Assembly (NCBI GenBank): GCA_951406725.2
Contig: OX597815.1
Location: forward strand, 103,416,001 to 103,480,000
Direction of reading: 5' to 3'
Length of the DNA: 64,000 bases
Source: Octopus vulgaris
Taxonomy: Eukaryota
This document shows, piece by piece, positions 22,945-38,721 of the stretch. Numbering within the stretch: the first letter of the stretch is position 1; each line of letters starts with the position of its first letter. The translations under genes were made by a program, and so were the position numbers. The notes under the pieces were generated by a model. That model did no database searches, had not been told where the DNA came from, and saw only the letters and a list, made by a program, of their open reading frames with translations.

Positions 22945-24140
22945 TATATATATATATATCACAGAAAATGGTGAAAATTTACGGGTGGGTTGAAAGTGTG
23001 TGCAAATTTAGTGTCTCGAAAGTAAACACTTGATTTGAAGATGAGAATAGTGTGAAGTGTGCTCTGATCTGCTGAAAGAGACTGAGGCCAACCAAACCCG
23101 ATTTTTTTCCCTTCTGATGACAGAGTGCAAAATGTAGACATGTCTTTGTGATTCGGAAACGAAGCTTCAGTCACAACTCTTCTCGAAAGTGTTAAAGTAT
23201 TAATGCCAGTGATCGGCACAGAAAATAATAATGGCTGTCTTGGCAGATGACAAATGGATCATTCTCCTTGATTTTCTGGAAAATAGGTCAGATGTTGCAT
23301 TAGATAGACAAGAACGAACAAGAGCCTGAAAGTGCCCCACATACATCATTACAATGCGCAGTCACGGATTTTGATATAAATCACTTGTCAGTATGAAAAT
23401 GTATAAATGAAGAGGAAAAATAGGAGTGAGAGTGAGGGAAAAAGATATGAGTGAAGCAAATATAAATGAATACATATAGACATGGATATATGCATATGTA
23501 GATACACACATACAGAAATACACAAACACACACGCACATATCATATGTATGTATGAATATATTTATGTATGTATGTATGTATGTATGTATGTATGTATGT
23601 ATGTATGTATGTATGTATGCATGAGAGAATGAAGAACGAATTAGAGTAATATGCAGAACGTAATGAAAGACTACCATTTGGAAGTTTGGAGATTATTAAA
23701 ATGGATAATATGATAGACACCGAAACATCTGGACTCAGAAACAGAACAATAGCTATTTACTTCGACAGACAACAGGTAGATGGAAAGGGGGAAAATGTTT
23801 CATAAATATAATAGACGGGTAGATGACTACAATATAACACACACACACACACACGTATCGGTTTTCTGCTTGGTTACGAAATTCGTTTGTCAACTACGTG
23901 GTTCACGGCACAATAATCCCGGGCCGATAGATCTCTTATGAGGGAAAAGGGTTGAAAAAAGCTTTGCAGAATGTAACTATAAAAAAAGCTGTTTTAACAA
24001 TGTCTTGTGGGCGATTTGACAGCATCCTTCAAAGCGGTGCCATAGGATGGCTGCACTCCTATCATTGAAAGTAGTAAAATATAGAGAATATGACGCAAAC
24101 ACAGACTTGTGTATGTGTGCGTGCGTGCGTGTATGTATGT

Positions 24141-24182
<42 letters not shown>

Positions 24183-25564
24183 GTTTATACATGTGTGACT
24201 GTGTACCGTATTAAACGTGATTCCATGCGTCTCTAATGTCATATTCCTCTTTGTGTATCCCTGTTATTTTCGGTATCTGCTTGAGTTTACTTTTGAGTTT
24301 TCTATCGATTTGCACGTGTATATGAGCGCGTGAGTTTGTAAGCGTGCAAAAATGCATTTGTGTCTGTTGCTAGGTATGTACATAGTTGTGTATGTATACA
24401 TACCCACCGTTGTTGGGTTGCGTGTGTTTTAAGAGTGAACTTATATAGGAAATGAGTGTTTGTGGATATATCTCCATATATGTATACAAGGAAGTAAGGG
24501 AGTGTGAATTACGGTTGTGTATATGTTTGTGAATGTTCGAACACAGCTAAAAGAAAAGAAAAACGAAAACTAAATGTGGTTTAGGTTTCAAAAAAAGACA
24601 CAGTGACACACTTCACCTAAATTATATATTTTTTTATGAGAATTGTTTGTAGTCTACGTGTAGGTGAAGTGATTGTTCCTGCCAATGTTGTTGATATTAT
24701 TTTCTTGCTTATTCTTTTATTACTCCTTCTATTGTTGTTGTTGACGTTGCCGATGATGGTAATACTACCGTTTTGTTTGGTTCGTAAACTTTCATATCAC
24801 TCTGCCAAACCTGACACATTTCTAAATTTTGACGTGTTTTTTTGTTGTTTTTTTACTTCTTTTCCTGGTTATATTGCTCTTGTTGTGGAAGTTTCTTATG
24901 TTCATCGCGTTGCTATACTTGTTACTATTTACGAGAACGACAAGGAGGCAAATTGGTTGTGTTTAGTAAATATGTAGACCAGTAGAGTACTTTATTGATT
25001 TTTGTTATCTGCGGAAAAAAGTGAAAATAACATAGATATACACCGATCACTATGATATACACACAGAGCGTATATCGCGTTTCCTGGATTTTTTCGCGAT
25101 TTTATCAGAGGAGGAAGGCTAACATAAGCAAATTTCAGAATCACCTGAATATTTGACAGGAGGAGATGGACTTCTTTTCAGCCTCTGATTTCTGAACGGA
25201 ATGATTGTGACACCTCTTGTAAAGTCACTGAACTTGATCAGCTATTGATGATGGTGATATATATTGGTTGTAGATTCCATTCGTATTTTTTACTCCAGAA
25301 ATATGATACTGTAAAAGAAAATGCAGTAAACAATATCCCATTAAATACACAAAAAAATTACATATGGAGACATACATACATAATATAATATATATACCTA
25401 TAGTCATATATACATATTTATGTATATATGTACGTACTCACATACATACACATACGCATGCACGCACACACACAGACACACCACACACACACACACATAA
25501 GATGTTTGATGTTTGTTCAAAGCGGAAGTCGAAAATGAAGTGTACGGTAAAAAATATTTGGGAT

Positions 25565-25839
25565 TATCATCATCATCATCATCATTTTTATTATCATTAT
25601 TATCATCAACATCGCCATTATTATTATTATTATTATTATTGTTGTTGTTGTTGTTGTTGTTGTCATCGTCGTCGTTGTTGTTATTATTATTATTGTTTTT
25701 ATTATCATAATCGTCATTATTAGTATTATTAATGTTGTTGTTATTGTCGTCCTCGTCGTTGTTATTGTTATTATTATTGTTATTATCATTATTATTATTA
25801 TTATTATCATCATCATCATCATCATCATCATTATTATTA

Positions 25840-25903
<64 letters not shown>

Positions 25904-25950
25904 CATCATTATTATTATCATCATTATTATTATTATTATCATTACTAACT
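25565..25950. repeat. compound trinucleotide microsatellite (ATC)n/(ATT)n/(GTT)n
   Basis: Direct reading. Confidence 0.95.
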
Positions 25951-26859
25951 CTGCTACTAGTATCATTGTGTGGTTAATGACTAAAATGTTGATCGATACT
26001 ATCAACTGTGTCTTGAAAACAAATCCTGACTACAAGAACAAAGTTGTAAACTTGGTGTCGATGGCTGCAACAGTTGTGCTGCAAATGTTGGTGGTGAAAA
26101 AATAGGGGAGAAAAAATAGAAAAGGCACTGCCTATATTTATATTTTGTCCTCAACATTCTCATCATCAGGTTAGTTATCAACACCAACGTCATCATCATC
26201 ATAATCATCATCATCACAACATCAGCAACAACATAATCATCATCATCATCATCATCAACAAGCAACAACAATAACAGCAGTATTGTAAGATTAATATCTT
26301 ACCCATCACCATTATACTCAATCTCATATGCATGCTCAGTGCCATCGCAAAATTTATCGTGACCAAAATCATTAACATATCTTTTAGATCATCGTCTCTA
26401 CACCACTACCACCAACAGCACTGTCATACATCCTTACCAATCTTCACCAGAATCAGCATTATCATAGTCCTATTTTTTATTGTTTTTGTTTTGTCAACAT
26501 TAGCATCGACGTGGTTGTAAATATCATGAAATGTTATAAACGGTAGATAAGTGCTTAAAGCGTTTAAACCCCAGTAAAAGCGGAGAATAAAATCCACAGA
26601 ACGCACGAAAAAAAAATGATAATATATTGAAGAAAATCTATCAAATGATTGATGAAAGAAAGTAGAGTGGGTAAAACAGAGATATCTACACATATGGCTA
26701 GATAAGGGAATTCAGTATAATAAATTATCTAAGAATGTATGTATATATGTATGTATGTATGTATATATGTATGTATGTATGCATGCATGTATGTATGCAC
26801 GTATATGTATTTATGTATGTATATATGCATGCATGTATGCACGTATATGTATTTATGTA

Positions 26860-27530
26860 TGTCATTATTCAGTTTTAAATCAAGATTTCTTACCAATACA
26901 GAAAGAGACGGTTTCTAATCTAGTTCTAATACACTTTCATTGGAATTTCAACATCAGCAACATGGTATTTTTGTATGTATGTTTGTATGTATGTATGTAT
27001 GTATGTATGTATGTATGTATGTATATATGTATGTATGCATGTATGTACCTATGTGTGTTTGTGTGTATGTATATATGTATAACTGTTGATTTGTATGTTT
27101 CGCTTTATGTATGTCTTCTCATGCATATACTTACATATCTAAACATGCTCTAATATACTTAAATGATAAACTTCTGGAAAGTTTTACAGATTTTTACAGA
27201 TCCAGTGATAGCTTGGATCTGCAGTCTTCGAATCAGCTTTCTCCTTTCTGTGTTTGGGAAGCCTACTTTCTCAAGATAGGTGTTTAGACAGTTTATTACA
27301 CAAGTCACTGCCCCCAAAATTGTAGGTAGTGACCTGCACTTGTAATCTGGGTAGAGTAACTGCAGATTTCTCTATAGTTCAGCGTAAGCATTCCCTTTTT
27401 CACTGATTTTCAGCTTTATGATTATATCCGCTGGACAGCTGATTTCCACAGACAGCTGAAACACAGTTTCTCCCCCTGTCTCAAATCAGTATATCAGGTT
27501 TATTGAGGTTTTAACCGGGACATTCCAGTC
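26860..27530 (-). mobile_element. RLE-type non-LTR element 3' end embedded in (TATG)n
   Basis: KPDILI..VEISCPADIIIKLKISEK..YAEL..LQLLYPDYK..PTILGA..LQIQAITGSVKICKTF (PD-(D/E)xK-like endonuclease). Confidence 0.72.
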
Positions 27531-27564
27531 TGCATGTATGTGTGTAAGTATGTATGTATGCATC

Positions 27565-27596
<32 letters not shown>

Positions 27597-28174
27597 TATA
27601 TGTATCTATGTATCTATGCTGGATGTGTGTTTATATGTGTATACGTATGTATGTTTGTATGTATATATTTATTAGCAACTTATATACACATATAACATAC
27701 ATTTTGAAAATAGACTCAAGATAAATGCATGATTCGTAAAGAGAATCACTCATCGTATTTGTCAACGCAGGCGACTAAGAGGGGGAAATTACCTACGAAT
27801 CTATAATGCAAATTATCGATATTTCGTTAAACCATCACAGAAGTCTAATTTCATATAATCACATGTAGAATTAGCACCACGGTGCATCTAGTACAGAACC
27901 ACGGGCTTTTAAGATGCATTTTCCCTGTATTTTGAAGAATAATTGCATTTAAATACCTTGAGTAAAGCAACCCCTTTCCTAACAAAAACTGATATACACT
28001 TGAATACGTTGAATTTCAAGGACACTACAAAACCTGATGTGTGTATATACTTACACACATGTATACAAATACATGCATATATACCTATGTTCTTATATAA
28101 AGATATGAATACATGTACATAAATAAACAATATATATATGTATAAATATCTATATGTATATATATATATGCATA

Positions 28175-28235
<61 letters not shown>

Positions 28236-31200
28236 GTATGTATACATGTGTGTGTGGGGGGGGGCGTATAACTTGGATATTGATACCATCAAAATATGTC
28301 GAGATGTAGAAGTTAATAAATCTGAAAATTTTATCGAATAGAGTTATTGACATATCATACATTTCATATATTTCATGTAGACTTGTAACATCAAATGTTA
28401 CTAGAGTATATTTTAATCACGTTTCCTTTACCAAAACTAGAATATTTTGACAATGTTGCGCTCATTTTATATACGTTGTTAAAATTGAATGGTCTACATA
28501 TAAAGCTGTTTTGCAATGAAACGTATACATATCGCACGTTCAGTATGTATTTTCCCTGATAATGTAAATGACGAGGTATAAATACAATGTGAATTTACTT
28601 AACATGCTTCGCGAGTCCTGGTCGTGGATAAGATTTTCGCTATTGGCATTCTACTTCGGAAAATATTTTCTCTCATTAGAAGATCTATGTTGACACATAC
28701 ATTTTAATAACGTTTCGAACAATAAGACAGCAATATTTCGGCATCAGTGAGCCTCCTCAGTCACAGACATTACACGGAATTCTGACGCTGGATTAGAATA
28801 ATTCTCACGCCGCACAAAACTTAAACAAAAGTACTTAATACTTGTTAGCCAAGCTGATTGTACATAATTTAAGTATATGAGATTCTGTATAAAATATATT
28901 ACAATTTTCATATATTTAAAAATATACGACATATAGATGGGAAGTTATATAGTACATTTCTCAACATCATTTATAGGGTTCTGCAAATATAATTTAATGA
29001 AATTGCAATGACATATCCTCGGTAGATTTATTAGATATATAGGTTCATGTTTAATTAATAAAATCTTTATTACAACATTTTATGTGAGGATAAAATTTCT
29101 AACCAGCTTCCTTGATCATCACTTCCTATATACAAGCAGCATTTGATTATACGCATACAAGTGTGTGTGTGTGTGTGTACATGTGCGTGTGCGTGTGTGT
29201 GTTTATATGGGATGTGTTTGTGTCTGTCTATATATATATGTATATATATAATTACCAATATTAGATTCCGCACCTACTATAACCCCTGTCAAGCCGGACT
29301 AACATCTGATATTAGAAATTTTAGAAGTTATAAAATGAAGTTCATATTTTCTGATAAGAGCAACAACCTGTACGAAGTCACTTTCGATCTATATGATAAG
29401 TTTCTTTATGAAAATTTTCCCACTAAATATAAAATGTAACAGTGAGAGAGAGAGATGCAATGATATTAACGATGAGGCAAAATCCCTCTCTGAACGTATA
29501 AAATCGATCATAGATTAGAATGCTTAACAAAAAGGTATGCTTTTATTACTGTAAAAAATCACAAACCTAATTTCAAGAGGAAGCCTACTTGCAGAATTTT
29601 AAACAGCGAGGACTGAAATCGGGTTAGTAGCCTAAAAGCTACCAAGGAATATTAGTATCTAAATTTGCTATACAATTAAATTACAATACTGTAACAGAGT
29701 AGATGAAGGTTTTAAAGCATAGGTCTATATTTACACACTTCGATGTTAAATGTTTTTATCCCTCGATATCGAGATTGCTGCTTGATAAGGCGACTGCTTT
29801 TGCAAAAATATATGTTGATATAGACTATATAAATTTTGACTTTATCATGCATCTGAAAAAATTATTTTTAATATAGTAAAGGCTAAGCATGAGTTTAAAA
29901 TCCGATACAGATAACTTGCTCGGTTTATTGATGGGATGGTATGACAGTGCTCACCACTACAATCTTGTATCCTTATATCAAACACACTAAGATCTCCAAG
30001 TTCCCATTGAACGATGTAGATCTCTACCAAAACAATGGATTTGCGATTTTACATGGCTATGACGTTCACACTCTTGATAAATTTAAGGAAAACTCATCGC
30101 TACCATTAGTCAATTCGACCTTAAAATCACTGTCAAAACTAATCTGTCAAAGTCAATTTTGGAGATGTTTCTCTCGATCTGGCTTCATGGTTTGAGGCGT
30201 ATGAAACTACCTCTTAGCCACTATTGTTCCCAGATCTACTCTGGCCCGGCGTGGTGGCACCTGTAAGGGTCCCAGTTATGTGCTAACTAGCAAACCACCA
30301 CCTGCGACTGTATAGAATGCATAAAAAAAAGAAGGATTCGTAGTGATTGAATGGTTAATGAGGCGTATGAATGTATGTTATATGGTTGGAAGAGTATCAA
30401 AGGACTGGTGCAGTGCATGTACAGTACCACTGTACAAAGGGAAAGGGGATAAATGTGAGTGTGGAAATTTTAGGGGTGTAAGTCTTTTATGTGTAGTTGG
30501 TAAACTGTATGAATAAAAAAGAAACCTAAGAATAGACCTAGGAAAATAATTTGATTTGTCCCCCACAAACACACACTTTTCTGAGTTTTAAAAGTAAGTA
30601 AAACTTTTGTCGCTCTTAGATATTCATATACTAGAAAATCACAAATACAGAAGGATGTTCAACAGACGTTTATTTAAATAATGAGAGCTGCTGCACGAAT
30701 AGGAAGAGCATCATTACTTGCAAATGTTACCAATAGCCCACTCCCAGTTGTACCTTTCGGGACCCTGGAGCTTGTCCACTAGACCAAAGGTGCTTGATAA
30801 AACCTGTTATCACTATGCTTGGCACCCATCTTCTTTCCAAGAGATGAACAAAAGAAAAGCACTAAGTTGGCTAGCAACGTATGGGGTTTAAGGACCAAGT
30901 CGATACCACATACGAGGAAGAGAAAAATCGTTAAAAAAATCCATGCCATATGATAATGGATTGAAAAAGGTAAGATATACATAGCTGAAAAATCGTATAT
31001 CGTTAATTGATCAAAGACATCCACCGAACTGCTGAATTCTAGATCAGCAACCTTCAGCAAGCGTAAACATATGGACAAGTTTCTTTTGGTGATTTAAAGA
31101 ACACCATCCTCTCCAGATTGAGCAGCTGCATTGCAGACGTTAGACACTTGTGATTTTATACCATCATCTCGTGTGATTCCTCTTAAACTATTGTCCTAAA

Positions 31201-31475
31201 TATTAACTCCTATAAACATTGTACACAGAGCTTGATGATTAATTGGAGATAATAGGCATGTTTAAAAATCTACCTCTATAATACTATTAGAATATCACAA
31301 CTATATAATGTGAAAGTGTACATTAAAAGTATACAAACACACACACATACACACAGATATTCTCCGTATAGATTGATCTTCGTACAGCTGAAGATATTTA
31401 AATTTGAGCTGGTAGAGGAGAAAATGTAACATTTGAGGCGTTGACAGAAATGTCAACACCTCAATTTAAAACTTA

Positions 31476-31566
31476 TTCTCTGAAGACGGAGAATGGTACT
31501 ATCCGATGATGGTATCAATTTACGATCATTATTTGGAAACACCAAGCCCCCAGAAACAGCTGTTAA
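31476..31566 (+). ncRNA. decayed hammerhead motif
   Basis: CTGAAGA 31480-86 ... GAAA-CAGCTG-TT 31553-64; helices poorly conserved. Confidence 0.4.
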
Positions 31567-31721
31567 ACGCCTAAAACCCCTTATTCAATCCCTTTAATTC
31601 CTGATATCATTTCTATTCTATGTAAGACCATTTTATATGTAAGCATATGAAAGTTATTTTGTATAAAATGCATTTCATAATCTTTGCATATCGACTTCCC
31701 TAACCTCCTTATCCTTATATT

Positions 31722-31779
<58 letters not shown>

Positions 31780-32006
31780 ATATATATATATATATATATG
31801 TAAATAAAAAAGGACACCAAACGAAAAATTAGAAATAGCAGTCAAAGACTGTTTATTTCTATTTTCTCCAAATAAGACTCCACATACAACCCTTTATATA
31901 TAGATCCTACCGATAATGGTTATATTGACATACCGAAATCTACCCGAAAATAATTGTTGTTTTGTTTTAAATTAATAATTATTTACCCTTATATTATAAA
32001 TGTATG

Positions 32007-32058
<52 letters not shown>

Positions 32059-32061
<3 letters not shown>

Positions 32062-32174
32062 CTGCTCGCTTAGCCAGCGGGGTAGCATCTTTCGAAAGCT
32101 AAAACAATGCGAACGCATTGTGACCAGCGATGTGTAACAACATCTGATGGTCTGGTCGGTCACGTGATCACGTG

Positions 32175-32177
<3 letters not shown>
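32059..32177 (+). mobile_element. short SINE/LINE-like 3' fragment in (TA)n
   Basis: GC-rich island ending in tandem CACGTGAT-CACGTGATA, between TA arrays. Confidence 0.45.
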
Positions 32178-32206
<29 letters not shown>

Positions 32207-32852
32207 CAGGGGTTTGACAAAATAATAGAAACACCTTAAAATTTCAAACAAATTTATTTTAATGTCGTATAGGACCGCCTTTGGCAGCTTGAATACTACG
32301 TGGTATGGACTCGTGCAAAGTTTGAATTGTTTCCAAAGGAATGTTTGTCTATTCTTCAGCTAAAACAATTCTTGTAGTGATAATGTTAGAGGATATCGCT
32401 TCCTTAATTGTTTTTCTAAAACGCACCATAAATGTTCAATAATATTGAGATCTGAGGACTGTGTGGCCCGATAAGATGTTCAACTTCACTAGAATGTTCC
32501 TTGTGCCATTTAGTAACAACTTTAGCCGTGTGAATTAGTGCCTTATCTTCCTGAAAGATTGCGTTTCCTTTCGGAAACAGTTCCGCAACCATAGGATGAA
32601 TTTGATCAGGTAAAATGCTTAAACAGTGTTGACTATTAATTCTGTCACGAAGGGAAACCATTGGGCCGGCATTTGTAAGATATAGCCCCCCACCCCCGAG
32701 AATCACAGATCCTCCTCCATGTTTAACAGTTGGAAGAAGGTAGTCTCGGTCAAACGCTTCTTTTGGCTGTCACCAAACGTATACTCAGCCGGAGGTCGGA
32801 TATAAGGTAAAGAATGACTCGTCTCAGAAAATAACATTCTTCCACTGCTTTA
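32207..32852 (-). mobile_element. Tc1-family transposon 3' half with terminal inverted repeat
   Basis: WKNVIF-DES (cf. FSDES), TVKHGGGSV, IFQEDKALIH (cf. FQQDNAPIH) and PDLNIIEHLW. TIR-like end CAGGGGTTTGACAAAATAAT begins right after TA at 32207. Confidence 0.88.
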
Positions 32853-35096
32853 GGTGCGCGTTTATGTGTACGTAATTCTTGAGTTTGTCCCCCAATGCTT
32901 CACAACCGTACTTCGGTTGTTTAATTCCTCGTAACCTTGGTTTTCGCCAAGGGACGATAGAATAAATATCAAACTTTAAAATGATAAGTTCTTCAGACGA
33001 TTTATTCAGCTACACACTTTAGGGCGATACCTATAATGACGATAGTCTAAGGAGTGTTATAACTACAAGATAAAAGAAATGTATTGAACAATTAATCAAG
33101 TTTGCATCCACAAATTAATATTTTTTATGTTTGAGACAGAAATTAATTCAAAGTACTTGTACTATTGATTATATCGGAATTATACATATATGATTAAATC
33201 TAAATTTCTTACTTGCAAAACCCAGTCAGGGGGATAACATCAAGTAGAAAGACAGAAAAAGTTTGCTGACAATCACACCGATAAATTAATGGAAAACAAG
33301 AAAGTATATTTCATAAAATGAGAGACAAATAATATAAGTCTTGCGAAGACAAGAGGCGTCAGATGTCTGTTACTGTCAGTAGAATTCATTGCTTTGGATT
33401 CATTTACTTGGTTTTTGCTCTGCACATGTTCTGTTTGTATCTTTGTATCTATTGACAAAACACGCTATTATATCGGCATTCTAGTTGAGAATTTCCAGCG
33501 ATATTTTCTATTTTCATCGCTGACTATTTATGGAAAAACCAGACTGTTTTCATTCTCACTATCGAACATTGTTATATAAGATTTCTCATGAATTTTCTCA
33601 AATTAGGTGTCATTATATTATGTATTTTAATAACAAAAAGACGCGCCATCCGGTGAGAATACTACGTTTTCATTTTAACAAATGTCAAGTATTATTGATA
33701 TCATGTTGTACACACGTACATATACGTATATTTACATGTACACACAATAGATCTCCTCGGTTTACGTCTATCAAATTCTACTCAAATGTATTGATTAACC
33801 CAAAAGTGGAGAAGAGGTAGAGGTACGGCGATTATAGAATCAGATTTGCACCACGTGGCTGACTAAAGAAATTCTTAACCACATTGCTATGCATCTATGT
33901 TAACATTAACCTCCTTAATGCTACATGAAACTGTGTTTATAATGATATTTCGTACTTCAGGTCATTAAATATTGTTTATTTAAACACTTAAGTGGGGTCT
34001 GGCTATATAAACGGCAGTTATTCGCTAGTTTATCCCAAAGGCAAAACTCATAAGTTCATGTTGTCTGCATGTGCGTTTCTGTTGATGTATTTGTGCGCAT
34101 ATGTAACTACATTTAAATGTCCCTTTTATTTTATTACAAGCTCTAGTCTTGAAAATATTTAATTATTTTTTGTTATAATTAAGTATATAAGTGTTGCTGC
34201 GTGTATATGTGTAAACATGTGTTTGGGGGAAAGTAGCAATTACATTTATAAAAAAAGACACTGATTTCGCAATGGAGTTGAATATTAAACTCTGTGAAAT
34301 ACATAAACTTGTAATAATTGATGTTATCGAGAAAGAGAGAGAGACAGACAGAGACAGAGACAGAGCAATAAGTATATACTTACAAATATATAGCTTTTAT
34401 AGAAGTAGAGAATTATTGATATGAGAATTCAGAAAGAGGCGAAGAACAACATACATTTATGTAATAGCATTAAAGAAACAATTTTCGAAACACTAAAACT
34501 GTAAACCAACTGAAACGTGACCATCCACCTGACTGAACAACCAAACCAAAATATCAAACTCAATTGTTATTGTTCAATAACTAACATACAAAACATTGAG
34601 CTTTTTACATAATGCAAATTCTTCGGAAAAGTCAAAAGGTTTTTCTTCTTTATATATTGCAGTAAACTTAATGGGAAAATATTTAAAATATATTGGAGGA
34701 ATTATTTTCAGTATGATCTTCTTATGTTGAGACTCTATCTATATATCTCTCTCTCTTTCATTCTCTCCATTTCACTCTCAGTTACTCTTTTAACTCTCCC
34801 ACTCTCTCCCATTCTCTCCCTCTCGCTTCTGTTTTCTCCCCGTTTCTTTTCCTCTCTCTTCACTCCTCTCTATTACTATTACTATATCGACTATACATTT
34901 ACTCTCATGGCATCTAACTCATATCGTAATATTCCCCCTCGAGAATAGGTCGATAGTCGCTTCCACGTCTCACCTATATGACTTTATTTTCCGTTCAGTT
35001 CACTTCAACACTTTTTTCCTCACCCTTTCCGTATCTATATATGTAGATATTACTAGGTGCACATTCATTTGCACGTATTATTCGTTCACTCAAACA

Positions 35097-35182
<86 letters not shown>

Positions 35183-35217
35183 CATGTATGTAGGTATGTA
35201 CTTATGTATGTAGGTAA

Positions 35218-35255
<38 letters not shown>

Positions 35256-36038
35256 GTGTGTGTGTGTGTGTGTGTACATATATGTGCTACGTGCACACAT
35301 ATAAGTCGCTCAAATACACATATATACATAAATATACATAATTATTTAAATATAGATATATATATATGTGAGTTTATACATGTGGGTATGTCTGTATGTA
35401 CGTATGTATGGAAATATATACATATGCGTATATATTTATACATCTCTATCTATATCTGTCTATCTGTCATCTATCTATCTATCTATCTGTCTATCTATCT
35501 CTCTCTCTCTCTATATATATACATACATATATATATATATTTGTATGTATATAGATAGATATAGATATATATACATGCATATATATGTATGTATGTATAC
35601 GTGCACATATGCGTGTGCGTATGCGGTGTATGTTGATTAGAAAGCAATCTATAAATGAAGAGTTTTTTTCATTATCAGAGATATCGAACTAAACAAGAAA
35701 TTAGAAGAGACAGGAACAAAAAATATTGTCATTATATCACCCTGTACTGACCTGTAAAACATATATCACTAAATATAAGTATTATTTAACATAGATCTGC
35801 CAGCGAATTTAAGTTGGTGGCTATTACACACACGCACAAGACAGATTCTCAGACACACACAAACACACACACACACATATACACACAGACAAACACAACA
35901 CATATTTGGTGATAGATATAGTTATCATGTATATATAAAAATATATATAGTATAGATATATGTATATATATATAGTGTGTATGTATGGCATGTCTATATT
36001 TGTGTAAACGTATATACATATATGTTATATGTTACATG

Positions 36039-36080
<42 letters not shown>

Positions 36081-36085
36081 TATTA

Positions 36086-36117
<32 letters not shown>

Positions 36118-36138
36118 GATATATATATGTTATATGTT

Positions 36139-36211
<73 letters not shown>

Positions 36212-36224
36212 AAAACATAGATGT

Positions 36225-36300
<76 letters not shown>

Positions 36301-36482
36301 TAGATAGAGAGATATGATATGATGTGATATAATAAAACAAATATTCGAAAACATAAGAACAAAGAAAAAGGGGCAGAATGCGAAAAATTCACTCCCAAAA
36401 TCTTTGTGTGTTTCTGTTCTTGTGAGACATATTTGATAGAATTAGACATTTTTAATCTTCAATTTAAAAAAGCATATTGTCC

Positions 36483-36541
<59 letters not shown>

Positions 36542-36588
36542 AAGTATATATATACATGTGTGAGTGTATACATATATATGTATATATA

Positions 36589-36638
<50 letters not shown>

Positions 36639-36740
36639 TGTATGCATGTATGTATGTATAAATGTATGCATGTTTGTATCTACATAATATTTTGTGCAAT
36701 CAGTCTTGCATACATCCATATAAACATTTATACGAACATG

Positions 36741-36799
<59 letters not shown>

Positions 36800-37099
36800 A
36801 ACATATATAGATACATAAATATGCGCGAGTGTGTGTGTGCTCGTATTCGCACCCGTTTGTTGGGGTCCATGTATGTACATATGCATATAACACATGCAAA
36901 ATACTAATTTACATTTACTCATCTTTCAATATTTGTTTAATGTAAGTTTTAGGAGATATTTTATTAGTTTTATAAATAGATGCATACACGGAATGTACCC
37001 ACTCACGCAAACAGAAAGAAGTACGCGCATGCATTCAGGCGCGTGTACATGTGTGTGGGTATGTGTGTATATATATATATGTGTGTGTGTGTGTATGTA

Positions 37100-37152
<53 letters not shown>

Positions 37153-37155
37153 ATG

Positions 37156-37194
<39 letters not shown>

Positions 37195-37301
37195 GTGTGT
37201 GTGTATGTATGTATATATGTGTTTGTAAATAAATATATATACATATATATGCATATATATGCATGTAAACTTATATACAAATGCATATATATATATATAC
37301 G

Positions 37302-37338
<37 letters not shown>

Positions 37339-37442
37339 CTGTGTCTGTGTGTTTGTTTGTGTGTGTGCATGTATTAATATATATATATATTTTTCCATAT
37401 ATATACGGAAACACATAGCTCAATGCACACACACGCGCGCAC

Positions 37443-37483
<41 letters not shown>

Positions 37484-38177
37484 TAAGGTAATCTGTTTTT
37501 GTGGACATATACATGCGTGTGTGCTCGTCAGAATATATAACTATATACTTGTTTATAACTTACAAACTCTTTTTGAAACATTGAACATTTAACATCTCTT
37601 TCTATAAATACCTACAGGATATAACATTGCTTCACAGATTCAATGTAACAGATTTAAACCTGTCAGAACCAATAATTGCTGTCCTGAGACGGAAGGCAAA
37701 TGTGATGGAAAGAAATTTCCGGTTACCGTGTATCAATTTAGCGACGCTTTACTCTCTACCAGTGCGGAAACTACGGCGGCGATCTCTGTTATATATTTCC
37801 AATACCATTCTATGTCTCTACGAATTTGTACATATAATATATATATATATATATATACATATGCACATACGCATGTGTGAGTGTGCGAATGCGTGTGTGT
37901 GTATGTATATATATATATATATATGTATATATTTACATATATATATATTTATCTATATGTGTATCTATATATATATATGTATATATGCATTTATGTATGC
38001 ACGTATATATAATATATATAATGTACATGAATAATATATATGTAAGTATGTATCTTTAAGTAACGCATAGGCGAACACACACACACACACATATATATAT
38101 GTATTTATATATATATGTGTATATATATGTATGTGTATATATATATGTATGCATATATATGTATATATATATGTATA

Positions 38178-38217
<40 letters not shown>
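35097..38217. repeat. dense compound microsatellite field (TA, TG, TATC/TAGA, TATG)
   Basis: Direct reading; includes (TAGA)n at ~36225-36306. Confidence 0.9.
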
Positions 38218-38342
38218 ATGATAAGAGTAAATAATTTCTATAAAGGCTTTTAAAAAAACCCCAATTATTTACTGGTAGAATTCGGTATGTAAATATAGCC
38301 GATTACCGGCAGGAACTTCTGTAAAGTTCAGTATATATATTG

Positions 38343-38676
38343 TATATAAGAAAAAGGGACAGGCAAAACAGGTTGCTTGACCGCATACCGAAAAAATAGA
38401 AATAGCAGTCAAGAATGCTTATTTCTATCAAAGTTGGACTCGGGCATGACAGACCCTGTAATTCACATATGCAAAACAGAAGGAATAGATAACGAATACG
38501 AATACGAAGTCTGGCGCCAGACTTCGTATTCGTTATCTATTCCTTCTGTTTTGCATATGTGAATTACAGGGTCTGTCATGCCCGGAGTCCAACTTTGATA
38601 GAAATAAGCATTCTTGACTGCTATTTCTATTTTTTCGGTATGCGGTCAAGCAACCTGTTTTGCCTGTCCCTTTTTT

Positions 38677-38684
<8 letters not shown>
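38343..38684. repeat. 342-bp near-perfect spacerless palindrome
   Basis: Centre CTGGC|GCCAG at 38515/38516; the arms differ only by three small indels. Confidence 0.95.

Positions 38685-38721
<37 letters not shown>

Noticed and set aside
22960-23365. Possible LINE endonuclease/RT fragment
   Set aside because: Only vague motif resemblance; cannot assign strand or family.
28707-28750. Minus-strand CTGATGC...GAAACGTT
   Set aside because: A9 is mutated, there is no stem I, and stem II is weak.
29900-31200. Possible decayed L1/Tx1-type endonuclease (NVWGLR, FGDLK)
   Set aside because: Two short motifs only; needs a tBLASTx/HMM search.
31910-31938. CCGATAA-stem-GAAA
   Set aside because: Two core mutations and no stem III or cleavage triplet.
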